Positions 44,784 to 53,723 of a stretch of 64,000 bases of DNA are shown one piece after another. The stretch lies in IMG/VR virus record IMGVR_UViG_3300044967_000005; one strand, 5' to 3'. Both the position numbers and the translations under genes were made by a program. The number at the start of each line of letters is the position of its first letter. Positions within the stretch are counted from its first letter, which is position 1. This stretch comes from a virus. The notes under the pieces are model-generated. The model saw nothing but the letters and a program-made list of their open reading frames with translations. It did no database searches and had not been told where the DNA came from.

Positions 44784-46226
44784 TTATATCCCCCCTATTC
44801 CCATTCGGAAGGTACGCTCTTGACGCGTTATTTCGTGAATCGTGACTGGACCAACACCCTCTAGTTTGATACGCACAAATTTGTGGTGAAACGCTTGGGT
44901 AACAGGAACCATAATTGATGACGCTTGAACATTTTCGTCTGCGGAAACGGTTCGTACAATCGTCCAGGAATTATCGTTATCATCACTTGAAATACTTACA
45001 ATTAAGGTGGAACCAATAGGCACATCTGCGACTATCCATAGGCGATACAGTCTGTTTTCTGCGGCTAGGGAAGCATTAGAAAAAGGCTTTGTTTCCATTG
45101 AGTATGGAATGGGAGCGTTAAAATCAGTTGTTCCACCCATTTTCACTACTCTATCTACAGTTCCGCCGACATACATCGTTTCTTCAATTCGAGCATACGC
45201 ACTCGGAATAAAACCAAAATCCCATATATTCCACGTATCAAACATCGGATCGTATTCTAAAGTGATATTCGGCGTTAATGCGGCATCCAATGGGAGAGAA
45301 ATATAGTAGCGTTCACCATCTGTTCCTGCCACAACTTTATTCCATGCTTGCGGATTCACTCGCGCTATAATCGCTTGAACAGAGAGAGAAAATTCCTTTG
45401 TTGGAACCGAACCACCGTTATAGCGATATAGCCCATCATGAGAAAGGAAATACAACGTGCCAGCTATTGTTATGGCACTTTGATGGCTTACACACCCAAT
45501 CGCATCTGAAATGATTTGGAGTTGGTAGTTTTTTGGTCCAGTTCCGTAAAGTTCGTGCATGGAATGGTTCATGAACACATTAATTTTTTGTGGTCCGCTA
45601 ATTACAGAAGTGATTTTTTCACCGCCGTTATTTTCAATTATAATTACCCCTGATTGATCCACGGTGTTCCAATCAGTCGGAATCCGCAGGGCTGAATAAT
45701 GTAGAGTGGAACCTACTGCACCATATAATCGGTTGCTATGCCCTACCACATAATTCATTCCTGCCGGGGCGTTTGCTAAGTTGGAAACAGTCGTTCCGTT
45801 ATAAACCTTTACCGGGTCTACTCCGTTCGCTCCAATTAAAGAAACATCAGCAAAATTACCTTTAAAATTTGTGAATGACCATTTAGCAGAAGCATTAAGT
45901 CCGCTTACAAGAGTTGTCCAGGTGGCTCCGTTCCACTTCTTCCAACTACCACTTATGATGGCTTGTAGTTCAGAATCCTTCCATGTGCCTAGTCCCGACG
46001 TTTCCCCGGTGACACTGAAAACACTTCCCAACAAACTATATCCTTCGCGTGTTGATGCAGTTGGAAACTTTTTAGTGGATATGTTTTTATTTGATACCAT
46101 GTAATTTTCTTCGATGGAAAACTTATCGAATGTGCTAATGCCTAGAAATGTTCGTAACGTTTGCGGCATTAAGATTCCGGCAATTTCGCCCCAATTATTT
46201 TTTTTGATTTTTATAGGCGGTTTCAT
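44784..46226 (-). CDS. Podovirus tail nozzle / head stabilisation protein (P22 gp10/T7 gp12-like)
   Basis: Beta-rich propeller-like 480 aa; HSNRLY, GCVS..S, LYFLS.DG.Y, METKPF. Confidence 0.7.
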   Translation of the reverse strand: MKPPIKIKKNNWGEIAGILMPQTLRTFLGISTFDKFSIEENYMVSNKNISTKKFPTASTREGYSLLGSVFSVTGETSGLGTWKDSELQAIISGSWKKWNGATWTTLVSGLNASAKWSFTNFKGNFADVSLIGANGVDPVKVYNGTTVSNLANAPAGMNYVVGHSNRLYGAVGSTLHYSALRIPTDWNTVDQSGVIIIENNGGEKITSVISGPQKINVFMNHSMHELYGTGPKNYQLQIISDAIGCVSHQSAITIAGTLYFLSHDGLYRYNGGSVPTKEFSLSVQAIIARVNPQAWNKVVAGTDGERYYISLPLDAALTPNITLEYDPMFDTWNIWDFGFIPSAYARIEETMYVGGTVDRVVKMGGTTDFNAPIPYSMETKPFSNASLAAENRLYRLWIVADVPIGSTLIVSISSDDNDNSWTIVRTVSADENVQASSIMVPVTQAFHHKFVRIKLEGVGPVTIHEITRQERTFRMGIGGI

Positions 46227-46232
46227 ATCAGC

Positions 46233-46787
46233 TCACCCTTCTTTGCCGTAATTTTGTTGAGCAATAGAAAGTTGTGAAATGTAATCATCACCAAAATTAT
46301 TCGCAAGTGATACATCATTCATAGCTTTTGCTACTCGTTCAGCTAGGCCCAAAACATATATCCAATGATATTCTTCGGGTGCTTCCGGCGAATCTGTTCC
46401 AATGCTCGCAATCAAGAAAGTCTTTGTACTGATTTTGTGATAAATCACAATGGCTGATTTGATTAAAGATGGTGGCGGATTTAGCGTGATTGTTTTCGTT
46501 ATATCATCAAAAAACCAATGATTATGCCCAGGGTTTACTCTTCCATATTGGAGAGATAAATAAAACGAATCAGCCACCTGGACGCGATCTATATTGCGAC
46601 TTCGTACATCACTAGGCAAAGTATTGTCTAAACCAGGTGAGACAGTAAATGAATGAACTACAGGTATTTTCACAATTTCAAAAAATTCCTTGTTAATTTC
46701 ATTTACCCAAGTCAATTTTTTTTGTGCGTCAAATATGTTGGGAACAAGAGTGTCTACTTCGTTAATGATTTGTTGAATGGTAAGCAT
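46233..46787 (-). CDS. Head-tail adaptor / tail tubular A-like protein (paralogue 2)
   Basis: LVPN......L.W.NE...; PEEYHWIYVLGLA. Confidence 0.7.
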   Translation of the reverse strand: MLTIQQIINEVDTLVPNIFDAQKKLTWVNEINKEFFEIVKIPVVHSFTVSPGLDNTLPSDVRSRNIDRVQVADSFYLSLQYGRVNPGHNHWFFDDITKTITLNPPPSLIKSAIVIYHKISTKTFLIASIGTDSPEAPEEYHWIYVLGLAERVAKAMNDVSLANNFGDDYISQLSIAQQNYGKEG

Positions 46788-46806
46788 GTCGTTCTACCTC
46801 CTTTAT

Positions 46807-47028
46807 CTAAGGCGTTTCAGCTACTACCGTGTTTATAGATTTAATCCCACTAGAAGTCATTATTCGTAATGGCAAAGTGGGCGATGGTTCTACTAACTCA
46901 TACGCCCCTAACCCTTTACTTGTCATGACACGAAAGGAACTGTCCGCTAAATCGCCTACATTATAGATAGGAATGGATATTGGACCACTCGTAGCTTGAA
47001 TTTTTTGAAAAGTTAAGGGCGTCGGCAT
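46807..47028 (-). CDS. Small structural/tail-associated protein
   Basis: AAGGAG RBS; internal repeat (F/L)R(V/I)MTS.G. Confidence 0.65.
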   Translation of the reverse strand: MPTPLTFQKIQATSGPISIPIYNVGDLADSSFRVMTSKGLGAYELVEPSPTLPLRIMTSSGIKSINTVVAETP

Positions 47029-47048
47029 TATAAGTCACTCCTTGACCA

Positions 47049-48839
47049 TTAAATACTTGCTCCATTCGCATCAACCCAAATGGTTCCGTTAAACCAAACA
47101 GGCTTTCCGAAATTTGCGTCAAAAAACATTTGACCTATCACTGGGGTTGTTGGTCTGACTGTAGACGCGTCTAACACTAGATTTTTCACTCTCTTTTTAT
47201 AAAAATCCATTTCGTGTTCTCCAATTGATAAAACGTCTACCGGATTGACAGTACCTCTTCTTTTTTCTCGGAAATACAATTTTTGTCCTGTTGAATTCCC
47301 TTTTGCGTAAAGGTTGTACGCGTAAACTTCCCCTATGTCTACCGCGACCTCATTTGAAGCACCTACATCAAAACCTATATCAGCACTTTGGTTATATCCT
47401 GTTAATTTTGTGAAGTTGTAGCCGTTTAATATCACAATGTCATTGACTGTTAGTTTCTCGAACTCATAATGTCTCAAGTTTGGATCGGAACTGACCAATC
47501 CAAAAGGAGCAAAAATAGGAGGAGTTGCAGTACCAAATGTTCCACCCTCAAGACATATCCACCCCACCGGACGATTATGTGCCGGGAAGTTATGCAGAAC
47601 AATATCTCTTCGTTTCCATTCGCCGCTCGTTGGTTTTTCTATCGCTTGTACGGACTTCATCTCTATATCAGAAGCCCCAAGCAGGATAGTTGGGTGTATT
47701 ACATCCATGGTAACAATACTTATATAACTGGTAGCGTCATTAACAATGGAAAAATATGTGCCTGTTCCATTCACCGTTGTATCTCTTTCCACCAAATTGT
47801 CTATGACCACATGGCTCCCTAGATTAGCTGTAACAAAGTAAGCTTCTGTTACGCCTGCGTTGATTTTTGAAAAAGGTAGTTGGAGGTCTATAAACCTCGC
47901 TTTTGAATTATTAATTTCAATCATAGACATGAAGTTTTTAGACAATCTACAAGCTTCTGCATGAAAGCCTATAATCGTACCGCCTTTGTTGTATTCTAGT
48001 GTGAGCGCATCCTCCATCGCGTGATCGACTGCACAATTCTCCATGATATAGTCATCGTGCATGGCGATGTAAAAGCCCTTCGCTTGTGGATTGGTGTTTA
48101 TCGACTGGAAAAGCGCATAACAATTTCGGAAAGTGTTTGTAGTCAACCCAATATTTAATCGCCCGCCAAAATGGAAAGCATAGTCCCAAGCGTCCAACAC
48201 TCGGATATTCTCGAAAATATTCATGAAAGCAAACGGTTGACCGCCCCATGTTGGAATCGCAATTCCTCTATATGGCTTTTCGATTATTACGCCCTTCACT
48301 GAACCTTCGTGAGCGCCTGCGCTAGTAACGCTTGAATCCCCTAATTCAATCCCTACTCCACCCGATGTACTTTCATTTTGTTGGTTTAGGAAACCTAAAT
48401 AGACATCTTCCACTTTGTAATGAGAACCCACTATCCTTATAATCGGTACGTTATTTTTTGTTTGTATAATTTTCGCAGTATGTGAACCGTCTCCTTGAAT
48501 GATGTGTCCGTAACCTACACTTAACGTATCGGATATAACGTAATTACCTTCAGGAATAATGATTGTTTTATGAGTATCTAAAGCGATTTGTATAGCTATC
48601 GTGTCGTCTGTTATACCGTCACCTTTAGCTCCATACGTTTTTACATTTGCCCCTATCTGCGTCAATTGGGTTGTATGCCCTTCGACAAGTGCTGTTAAAT
48701 CTGCGGGCATTTCAACGTTCACATTCCCACTCTCATCCGGGAATACATCGTTGACAGAAAAAACGGCGTCTTTGTTTTTTAACGCCTGCATAGTTCTTTG
48801 TTCTCCTATGGTTGTACTAACTAATTCACTCATTTTCAT
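47049..48839 (-). CDS. Tail spike / beta-helix polysaccharide depolymerase (pectate lyase 3-like)
   Basis: NVKTYGAKGDGITDDTIAIQIALD...IPEGNYVISDTL; C-terminal GQMFFD...KPVWFNG..WVDANG. Confidence 0.85.
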   Translation of the reverse strand: MKMSELVSTTIGEQRTMQALKNKDAVFSVNDVFPDESGNVNVEMPADLTALVEGHTTQLTQIGANVKTYGAKGDGITDDTIAIQIALDTHKTIIIPEGNYVISDTLSVGYGHIIQGDGSHTAKIIQTKNNVPIIRIVGSHYKVEDVYLGFLNQQNESTSGGVGIELGDSSVTSAGAHEGSVKGVIIEKPYRGIAIPTWGGQPFAFMNIFENIRVLDAWDYAFHFGGRLNIGLTTNTFRNCYALFQSINTNPQAKGFYIAMHDDYIMENCAVDHAMEDALTLEYNKGGTIIGFHAEACRLSKNFMSMIEINNSKARFIDLQLPFSKINAGVTEAYFVTANLGSHVVIDNLVERDTTVNGTGTYFSIVNDATSYISIVTMDVIHPTILLGASDIEMKSVQAIEKPTSGEWKRRDIVLHNFPAHNRPVGWICLEGGTFGTATPPIFAPFGLVSSDPNLRHYEFEKLTVNDIVILNGYNFTKLTGYNQSADIGFDVGASNEVAVDIGEVYAYNLYAKGNSTGQKLYFREKRRGTVNPVDVLSIGEHEMDFYKKRVKNLVLDASTVRPTTPVIGQMFFDANFGKPVWFNGTIWVDANGASI

Positions 48840-48845
48840 TTGTAA

Positions 48846-49421
48846 TCACCTCCACGTTCGATTCATTTGCACGACTTTGTTTCGTGAGGGACGCATATCT
48901 TTTTGTGCTTTGTCGTGTAGTTCATCTGCATAAGCTTTTAGTTCTGCTGCTCGGCTTGCGTCTTGTAAGGAACGCGCAATTCGGGCCGCAATTCCATAAA
49001 CCAAAACTTCATGAAAATTATTAGGATAAGTTGGCTCAATATCCTGCATATCAATGGTCATTTCTTTAGGTCCTGGTCGATAATTCAAATAAGCAGAAGT
49101 GTTTTGATGTGGCGTTGGATGAATAAATAAGTTTTCATCTATGATTAGCCAACAATATTCGGCTTCTTCTTGGTCAATGGTTCGATACTCATATATGTGT
49201 TCACCGACGATTACACTTGTAATACGTTCTCTTGAACAATCTTCCGGCAACAAATATAAATTAAATCCAGGTTCAGCTATAAACCCCAAAGAAGTATCAT
49301 TGAACGAAAAGTCACGGTATAGCTGCCCTTGAATTTCATTAAGCCATCGAACCTTGGTTTCATCATTAATGCTATTCGGCACAAGTAAATTAGCGTCCAA
49401 TAAGATTTCTTTCAATAACAT
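48846..49421 (-). CDS. Head-tail adaptor / tail tubular A-like protein (paralogue 1)
   Basis: LVPN......VRWLNE; Y.LPED; FHEVLVYGIA. Confidence 0.7.
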   Translation of the reverse strand: MLLKEILLDANLLVPNSINDETKVRWLNEIQGQLYRDFSFNDTSLGFIAEPGFNLYLLPEDCSRERITSVIVGEHIYEYRTIDQEEAEYCWLIIDENLFIHPTPHQNTSAYLNYRPGPKEMTIDMQDIEPTYPNNFHEVLVYGIAARIARSLQDASRAAELKAYADELHDKAQKDMRPSRNKVVQMNRTWR

Positions 49422-49437
49422 GACGCTTCACGCTCCT

Positions 49438-49842
49438 TCATAGGTCAGCCCAGGCATCTTTCGCAAACATAGATTTCGTTTCCCCTGCGACTGCCTGAAT
49501 CCAGTTTTTCGTGTCTCGTTCTTTTTCTTTTTTAGCTTTTTCTTCATCGCGCTCAATACGGCGGAATATTTCTCTCCCATGTACAGAAAGGTCGTTTTCC
49601 CACACATGACGTAACGCTCGGTTATCTAATTCCGCGTAAGGGAAAGTTGTCTGAAAGGTATCACCAGGGTATTGAAGGCTATGCAACTCATATTTTTGTT
49701 TCAGTGAGTTGAATACAACAAACATATCCGCGTCATACTCTTCAATTCGTTTCGGAATATCGTAAACGCTTGTTTCAACCAAGTGTGAAAATGGTCTGCT
49801 CTCTAAGCGCCTTAGTATTTCTTGACGTTTTCTCTCTTTCAT
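49438..49842 (-). CDS. Conserved phage protein downstream of capsid
   Basis: VYDIPKRIEEYD...FN..KQKYELH...LDNRAL; GGGGGG RBS. Confidence 0.75.
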   Translation of the reverse strand: MKERKRQEILRRLESRPFSHLVETSVYDIPKRIEEYDADMFVVFNSLKQKYELHSLQYPGDTFQTTFPYAELDNRALRHVWENDLSVHGREIFRRIERDEEKAKKEKERDTKNWIQAVAGETKSMFAKDAWADL

Positions 49843-49861
49843 ATGAGTAACCCCCCACCTA

Positions 49862-49903
49862 TAGAAAAAGGGGGAAAAGGATTTGATTCCTTCTCCCCCT
49901 TGT
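49862..49903 (-). terminator. Intrinsic terminator after the capsid gene
   Basis: AAGGGGGAGAAGGA...TCCTTTTCCCCCTTTTT on the minus strand. Confidence 0.75.
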
Positions 49904-49916
49904 TTTTAAGGACTTA

Positions 49917-52484
49917 TTATTTTTCTGTGATTCCGTTCATCACAAATGATCCGGCTGGTTTTGAAATTCCTGTGTCGCAATATTTTGCGAGCGTTGCAGA
50001 CCATACAGGTTTACTTGCTACGCGTGAAAGTACCGCACCATCTTCATCACATTGTTTGTTACTCTGCTTTTGTAGCAGGGGTAAGTCATTTCTGCTTACC
50101 TCCGTATATTGCTATACGGTTCAGACTGGCTCTTCGCTTTTTTACAAGCGCCTTTCATACGACTATTGATACTGCATATCTATTTTATATTCCATACTTG
50201 GTACGATGTACGGCTTCACAATTTCGATAAATTTATTGGCTTCTAATGCTCCTGCTCTTAGTCTGTAAAAACCGGACTTTTTAGAAGTTAATTTAATATC
50301 GAATTTTATTCCGAATCGTTCAAGAAAGAATGTTTGCAGTAGTTGATGCTCTTCAAGATTAAAAGCGCATGTGTTGAGAAATAATTCTCGACGGTAAATG
50401 ATGCGATTACCACCTTTATTAAGACGATAGGATTTAATAAGAGAGCCGTCATCCATATACCATATTGCTAAACCTTGTTCATTTAGCCAACTTAGTATAA
50501 TTTTATTGACTGTTCGCTTCCCTTTCGGATAAACGATTTCTCTAATCCTTGTATATAGAGGATGAACACGCGTTTCAGCCGTGTAATTGACATTAGGATT
50601 TTTTTTACCATTAGGCTTTGTTTCCCCTAATCTTACTTCTGTCAATTCCTTTAATATCTCCGCCTTGTACAATAGGTAATCCTTTTGTTTCGGTCCGTGT
50701 TGTAATTTGAAACAAGCGTTTTTGCCTGCTTTTTGTATATACACGCACCCATCACCTAATATCATTCCTGCGATTAAAGCCTTGAATTCTGATCTTTCAA
50801 TAGTCACAGTCGTTACACTCCCTTCATCTTCGTCAAATGTGTATATAAATGATTATACAACATTTAAGATGAAGGTTAGCTCGGTATTGTCCATTTCTGG
50901 GTTTTCACCGATTTTAGAAAGGTTTAAAGTGACCTGATAGCTGATGGTTTAAGCTACGTTGTTAAGCCACTGATAATCCATGATTTCGTACATCTTAATC
51001 GTAGACATATCCAAACCGTAAAGAGAACCGGCAGGTGCATATTTTGAAACTGTCATTGGAGTGTCATTGTAAAGTACCTTCTGTTACCTTTCCATTAGAA
51101 GATAATGGAACGTGTAGGTCGTTTCTGTTCCGCCTACCGCCCTATGTTTCCATAAGGATCAGACTATCGCATCAACCTTTATTAAAGGTCGTCGGTTCGT
51201 TTAGTCGTTCACGCTGCCCGGGGTTGTCCCTGCTTGCGCCCTGTCACCCTCGACTTTACGTTAGGGTTTCCAAGTCAATTAGAGCCGATTTTCTTAGTAA
51301 CTTACGCTACTAAGGCGCTACCCATTAACGCTGAATATCCACCTTTAAGCTTCATCGTGTCCACTGTACGTTTTGTAGCCGTTAATAACTCTTGATAAGC
51401 ACGACGTACACCATAAGTTGTAGCCATGATGTTGACGTTACCGCCAGCACGACGTTCAGCTTCATCAATCGCATTTTGGATTTTGATTTCAGATAGTGTA
51501 CCCACTGTATTGATTACTGTTGGGTTAAACCATTTGAACGTGTTACGGTCGATTCCGTAAACCGTGTTGTTTTCTTTGAACATCGCGCCTAGACCTGTAA
51601 GCTCTAAACCAAAGTTACCTGAACGAACAACAATGTCAGTAGCCGCAGTTGTGAAAGCAGCACCACTCAATTGTAGTTTTTTCAAGCCGTGGTCAACAAT
51701 CAGGATTTCACGTGCTTGTGCTTTTGGTGTTCCATCAGCTTGCGCCACTACGTCAATGATTTGACCTTCGGCAAAGAATTTCGTGTCGTCAACAGTAATA
51801 TTCGTTACTGATGTATTGACCGCACATTGAGCCATTTTACCAGTACCATCACCGAACAATTGACGCTCCTGGTCATCCTTAGCGTCCGCAAGAGCGTCCT
51901 CTAAATCTGCTTCCAAAAGACTAGCAAATGCACCATCACCGCGAGACGCGCGCATTGTTTTATCTGAAATCTGAATTTGGGCAAAGATGTTTTTAGTTTC
52001 CCATTTTGCCTGTTTAGTTTGACGAGAACGTGGAGTTGGCAGATCGCCGTCATCAGCACGATTTCCAATACCACCATGGCGACCATACAATTTGTTACCA
52101 ATCTCGGAAAAGATTGGGATAGGTCATTTCTGCCTATCTCTTGTGGTTTCCTCACAAGTTCAGACTATCGCACCAACCTTTATGAGAGGTCGTCAGTTCA
52201 CTTAGTCGTTCACGCTGCCCGGGGTTGTCCCTGCTTGCGCCCTGTCGCCCTCGACTTTACGTTAGGGTGTCCAAGTCAATAAGAACCGATTTTCTTAGCA
52301 ACTTCTGTCACTAAGGCGCTATGAGTTAACGCAATGCCATACGAATTTCTCCGCCTGTTACCGATTTCGTGTCGCGCTCCATGACTGCAAGTAACGGATT
52401 AGATGTATTTAACTGATATTGTAGACCTGGTAAGTAGAATAGTTTTAGTGCTTCAGAAGCACTTTGCATGTTTTGAATGGGCAT
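49917..52484 (-). CDS. Major capsid protein, 4 exons: 52484-52329, 52087-51328, 51076-50965, 50049-49917 (386 aa after splicing)
   Basis: Exon lengths 156+760+112+133=1161 nt give a stop-free ORF MPIQNMQS...MALR|YGRHGG...GGYSAL|LYNDTP...YQWL|DEDGAVL...NGITEK*; AGAGGTG RBS; lies after portal and scaffold. Confidence 0.88.
50050..50964 (-). mobile_element. Group I intron 3 (915 nt) carrying a homing endonuclease
   Basis: P1 AGUGGCU/GGUCACU with U-G; P10 AUCA/UGAU; P3 CCUUUC/GAAAGG; P7 GACUG/CAGUC; terminal G. Confidence 0.88.
50163..50807 (-). CDS. Intron-encoded LAGLIDADG homing endonuclease (two-motif type)
   Basis: LIAGMILGDGCV and LAIWYMDDGS motifs; C-terminal IVPSMEYKI. Confidence 0.92.
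   Translation of the reverse strand: MTIERSEFKALIAGMILGDGCVYIQKAGKNACFKLQHGPKQKDYLLYKAEILKELTEVRLGETKPNGKKNPNVNYTAETRVHPLYTRIREIVYPKGKRTVNKIILSWLNEQGLAIWYMDDGSLIKSYRLNKGGNRIIYRRELFLNTCAFNLEEHQLLQTFFLERFGIKFDIKLTSKKSGFYRLRAGALEANKFIEIVKPYIVPSMEYKIDMQYQ
51077..51327 (-). mobile_element. Group I intron 2 (251 nt, no ORF), paralogue of intron 1
   Basis: P1 GCGU/GCGC; P10 GGGUA/UACUU; P7 GACUA/UAGUC; terminal G; core nearly identical to intron 1. Confidence 0.88.
52088..52328 (-). mobile_element. Group I intron 1 (241 nt, no ORF)
   Basis: Exon U before the 5' splice site, terminal G; P1 GCGU/GCGC with U-G; P10 CAUA/UAUG; P7 GACUA/UAGUC. Confidence 0.88.
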
Positions 52485-52506
52485 TTGTCATCCACCTCTT
52501 CTAGTT

Positions 52507-53553
52507 TTATTGCCCTTGTGAGCTTAACCAAAAGCGAGTAGCTTCAGAAAGATTCTTAGGCGCTCGTTCTCCGGCGCTCATAGGGGTTTGAGAACCAACA
52601 GGATTCCCCATCACTGTAGGTAGTTGTTGGTTTACTTGCATTTTGCCTTGTCGGTAATTTTGGAATACCTTGTTTCGGATTTGTTCGTTTTGTAGAATCG
52701 CTTCATGATTTGACGGGTCAGCAAGCATTTCTTCAAATGTTTGTGGCTCCGGCGCACCTTGTACTTTCGCCATAGCGTAAAGCACTTCCAAGCCGTTAGG
52801 TAATTGGTCAAGTTGAGGGTTTTGACTGTAGATGTATTCCATCCAGTCGCGATAGTCCTCAAAGTCCGGGTGCGTTTCCATGAATTGTTGTTCCTGTTGT
52901 GCCATTTGCAACTCATGACGTTCTGCTTCGATTGGTGCTAGTCGTTCATTTACTGCTGCTTCAATTTCTCTTTGTTGGCGTTCTTGGTTGCGCGCTATAA
53001 TTTCAGGTTGTGATTCCCACCATTGATCCGCCGCAAGTTTGTTTTCATAAAAACGCTCCATGTACTCACTAGAGAGTTCAGCTTCACGTTCCGGTGAAAT
53101 ACCCGATGACGAAGTTTGTTGTGGTGTTGGTTCAGCAACTTGAGACTGTTTTTGTTGCTCTGCGTATTGTTGCCACTGATTTGCTAATTGCAAAGCACTT
53201 TGAAGTTCTTGGTTTGTCTGCTGATAGGTACGTGTTAAGTGGCTATAGTCTTTGTGTAGATCATGAATGATCGGGTCAATGACTGGCACTCTACGTCCTC
53301 CAAAGTCCAATTCTTCAATTTGACGTTCCGCGCTTTGTGGCTCAACAAGTCCCTGGCCTTGTGGCTGTAACTGTGGTGTTTCCGGCGCTTGATAATCAAC
53401 TGTTAATGGATTTGGTTGGTCAGTAAACTGTGCAAATGAACTTTCGCTAGGCTCGGCGGCAAATGGGTGTGGCTCAACGGGAGCCGACGCTTCCGCGAAC
53501 GGGTGTGAATCCTCCGAGAAAAATTGTAGATTTAGCGGTAATAATAACGACAT
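52507..53553 (-). CDS. Capsid scaffolding protein (348 aa)
   Basis: Acidic, Q-rich and helical, between portal and capsid; AGGAGG RBS before MSLLLPLNLQFFSED. Confidence 0.8.
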   Translation of the reverse strand: MSLLLPLNLQFFSEDSHPFAEASAPVEPHPFAAEPSESSFAQFTDQPNPLTVDYQAPETPQLQPQGQGLVEPQSAERQIEELDFGGRRVPVIDPIIHDLHKDYSHLTRTYQQTNQELQSALQLANQWQQYAEQQKQSQVAEPTPQQTSSSGISPEREAELSSEYMERFYENKLAADQWWESQPEIIARNQERQQREIEAAVNERLAPIEAERHELQMAQQEQQFMETHPDFEDYRDWMEYIYSQNPQLDQLPNGLEVLYAMAKVQGAPEPQTFEEMLADPSNHEAILQNEQIRNKVFQNYRQGKMQVNQQLPTVMGNPVGSQTPMSAGERAPKNLSEATRFWLSSQGQ

Positions 53554-53723
53554 TGTTGTTCCTCCTAATTTGACTGTACTTGTTTCCAAGTCCCTACTGC
53601 CCCATGCGTTTCGCCCTGGCTTTTTACGGCTGTACTTCATACACGGCAAGGACTTTATGAAAAGTTCGCCCTGGTCAATATTGGTATTAAATTCAGCGTA
53701 TCATAATTTAAAAAAAGGTGTTT

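Noticed and set aside
51077..52328. Repeat pair as DGR template/variable repeats or IS ends
   Set aside because: No reverse transcriptase or transposase; differences are not adenine-specific and preserve RNA pairing.
49917..52484. Capsid gene as a pseudogene, or the 262-aa ORF 51302-52090 as the full protein
   Set aside because: The interruptions have group I intron hallmarks and their removal restores the frame exactly.
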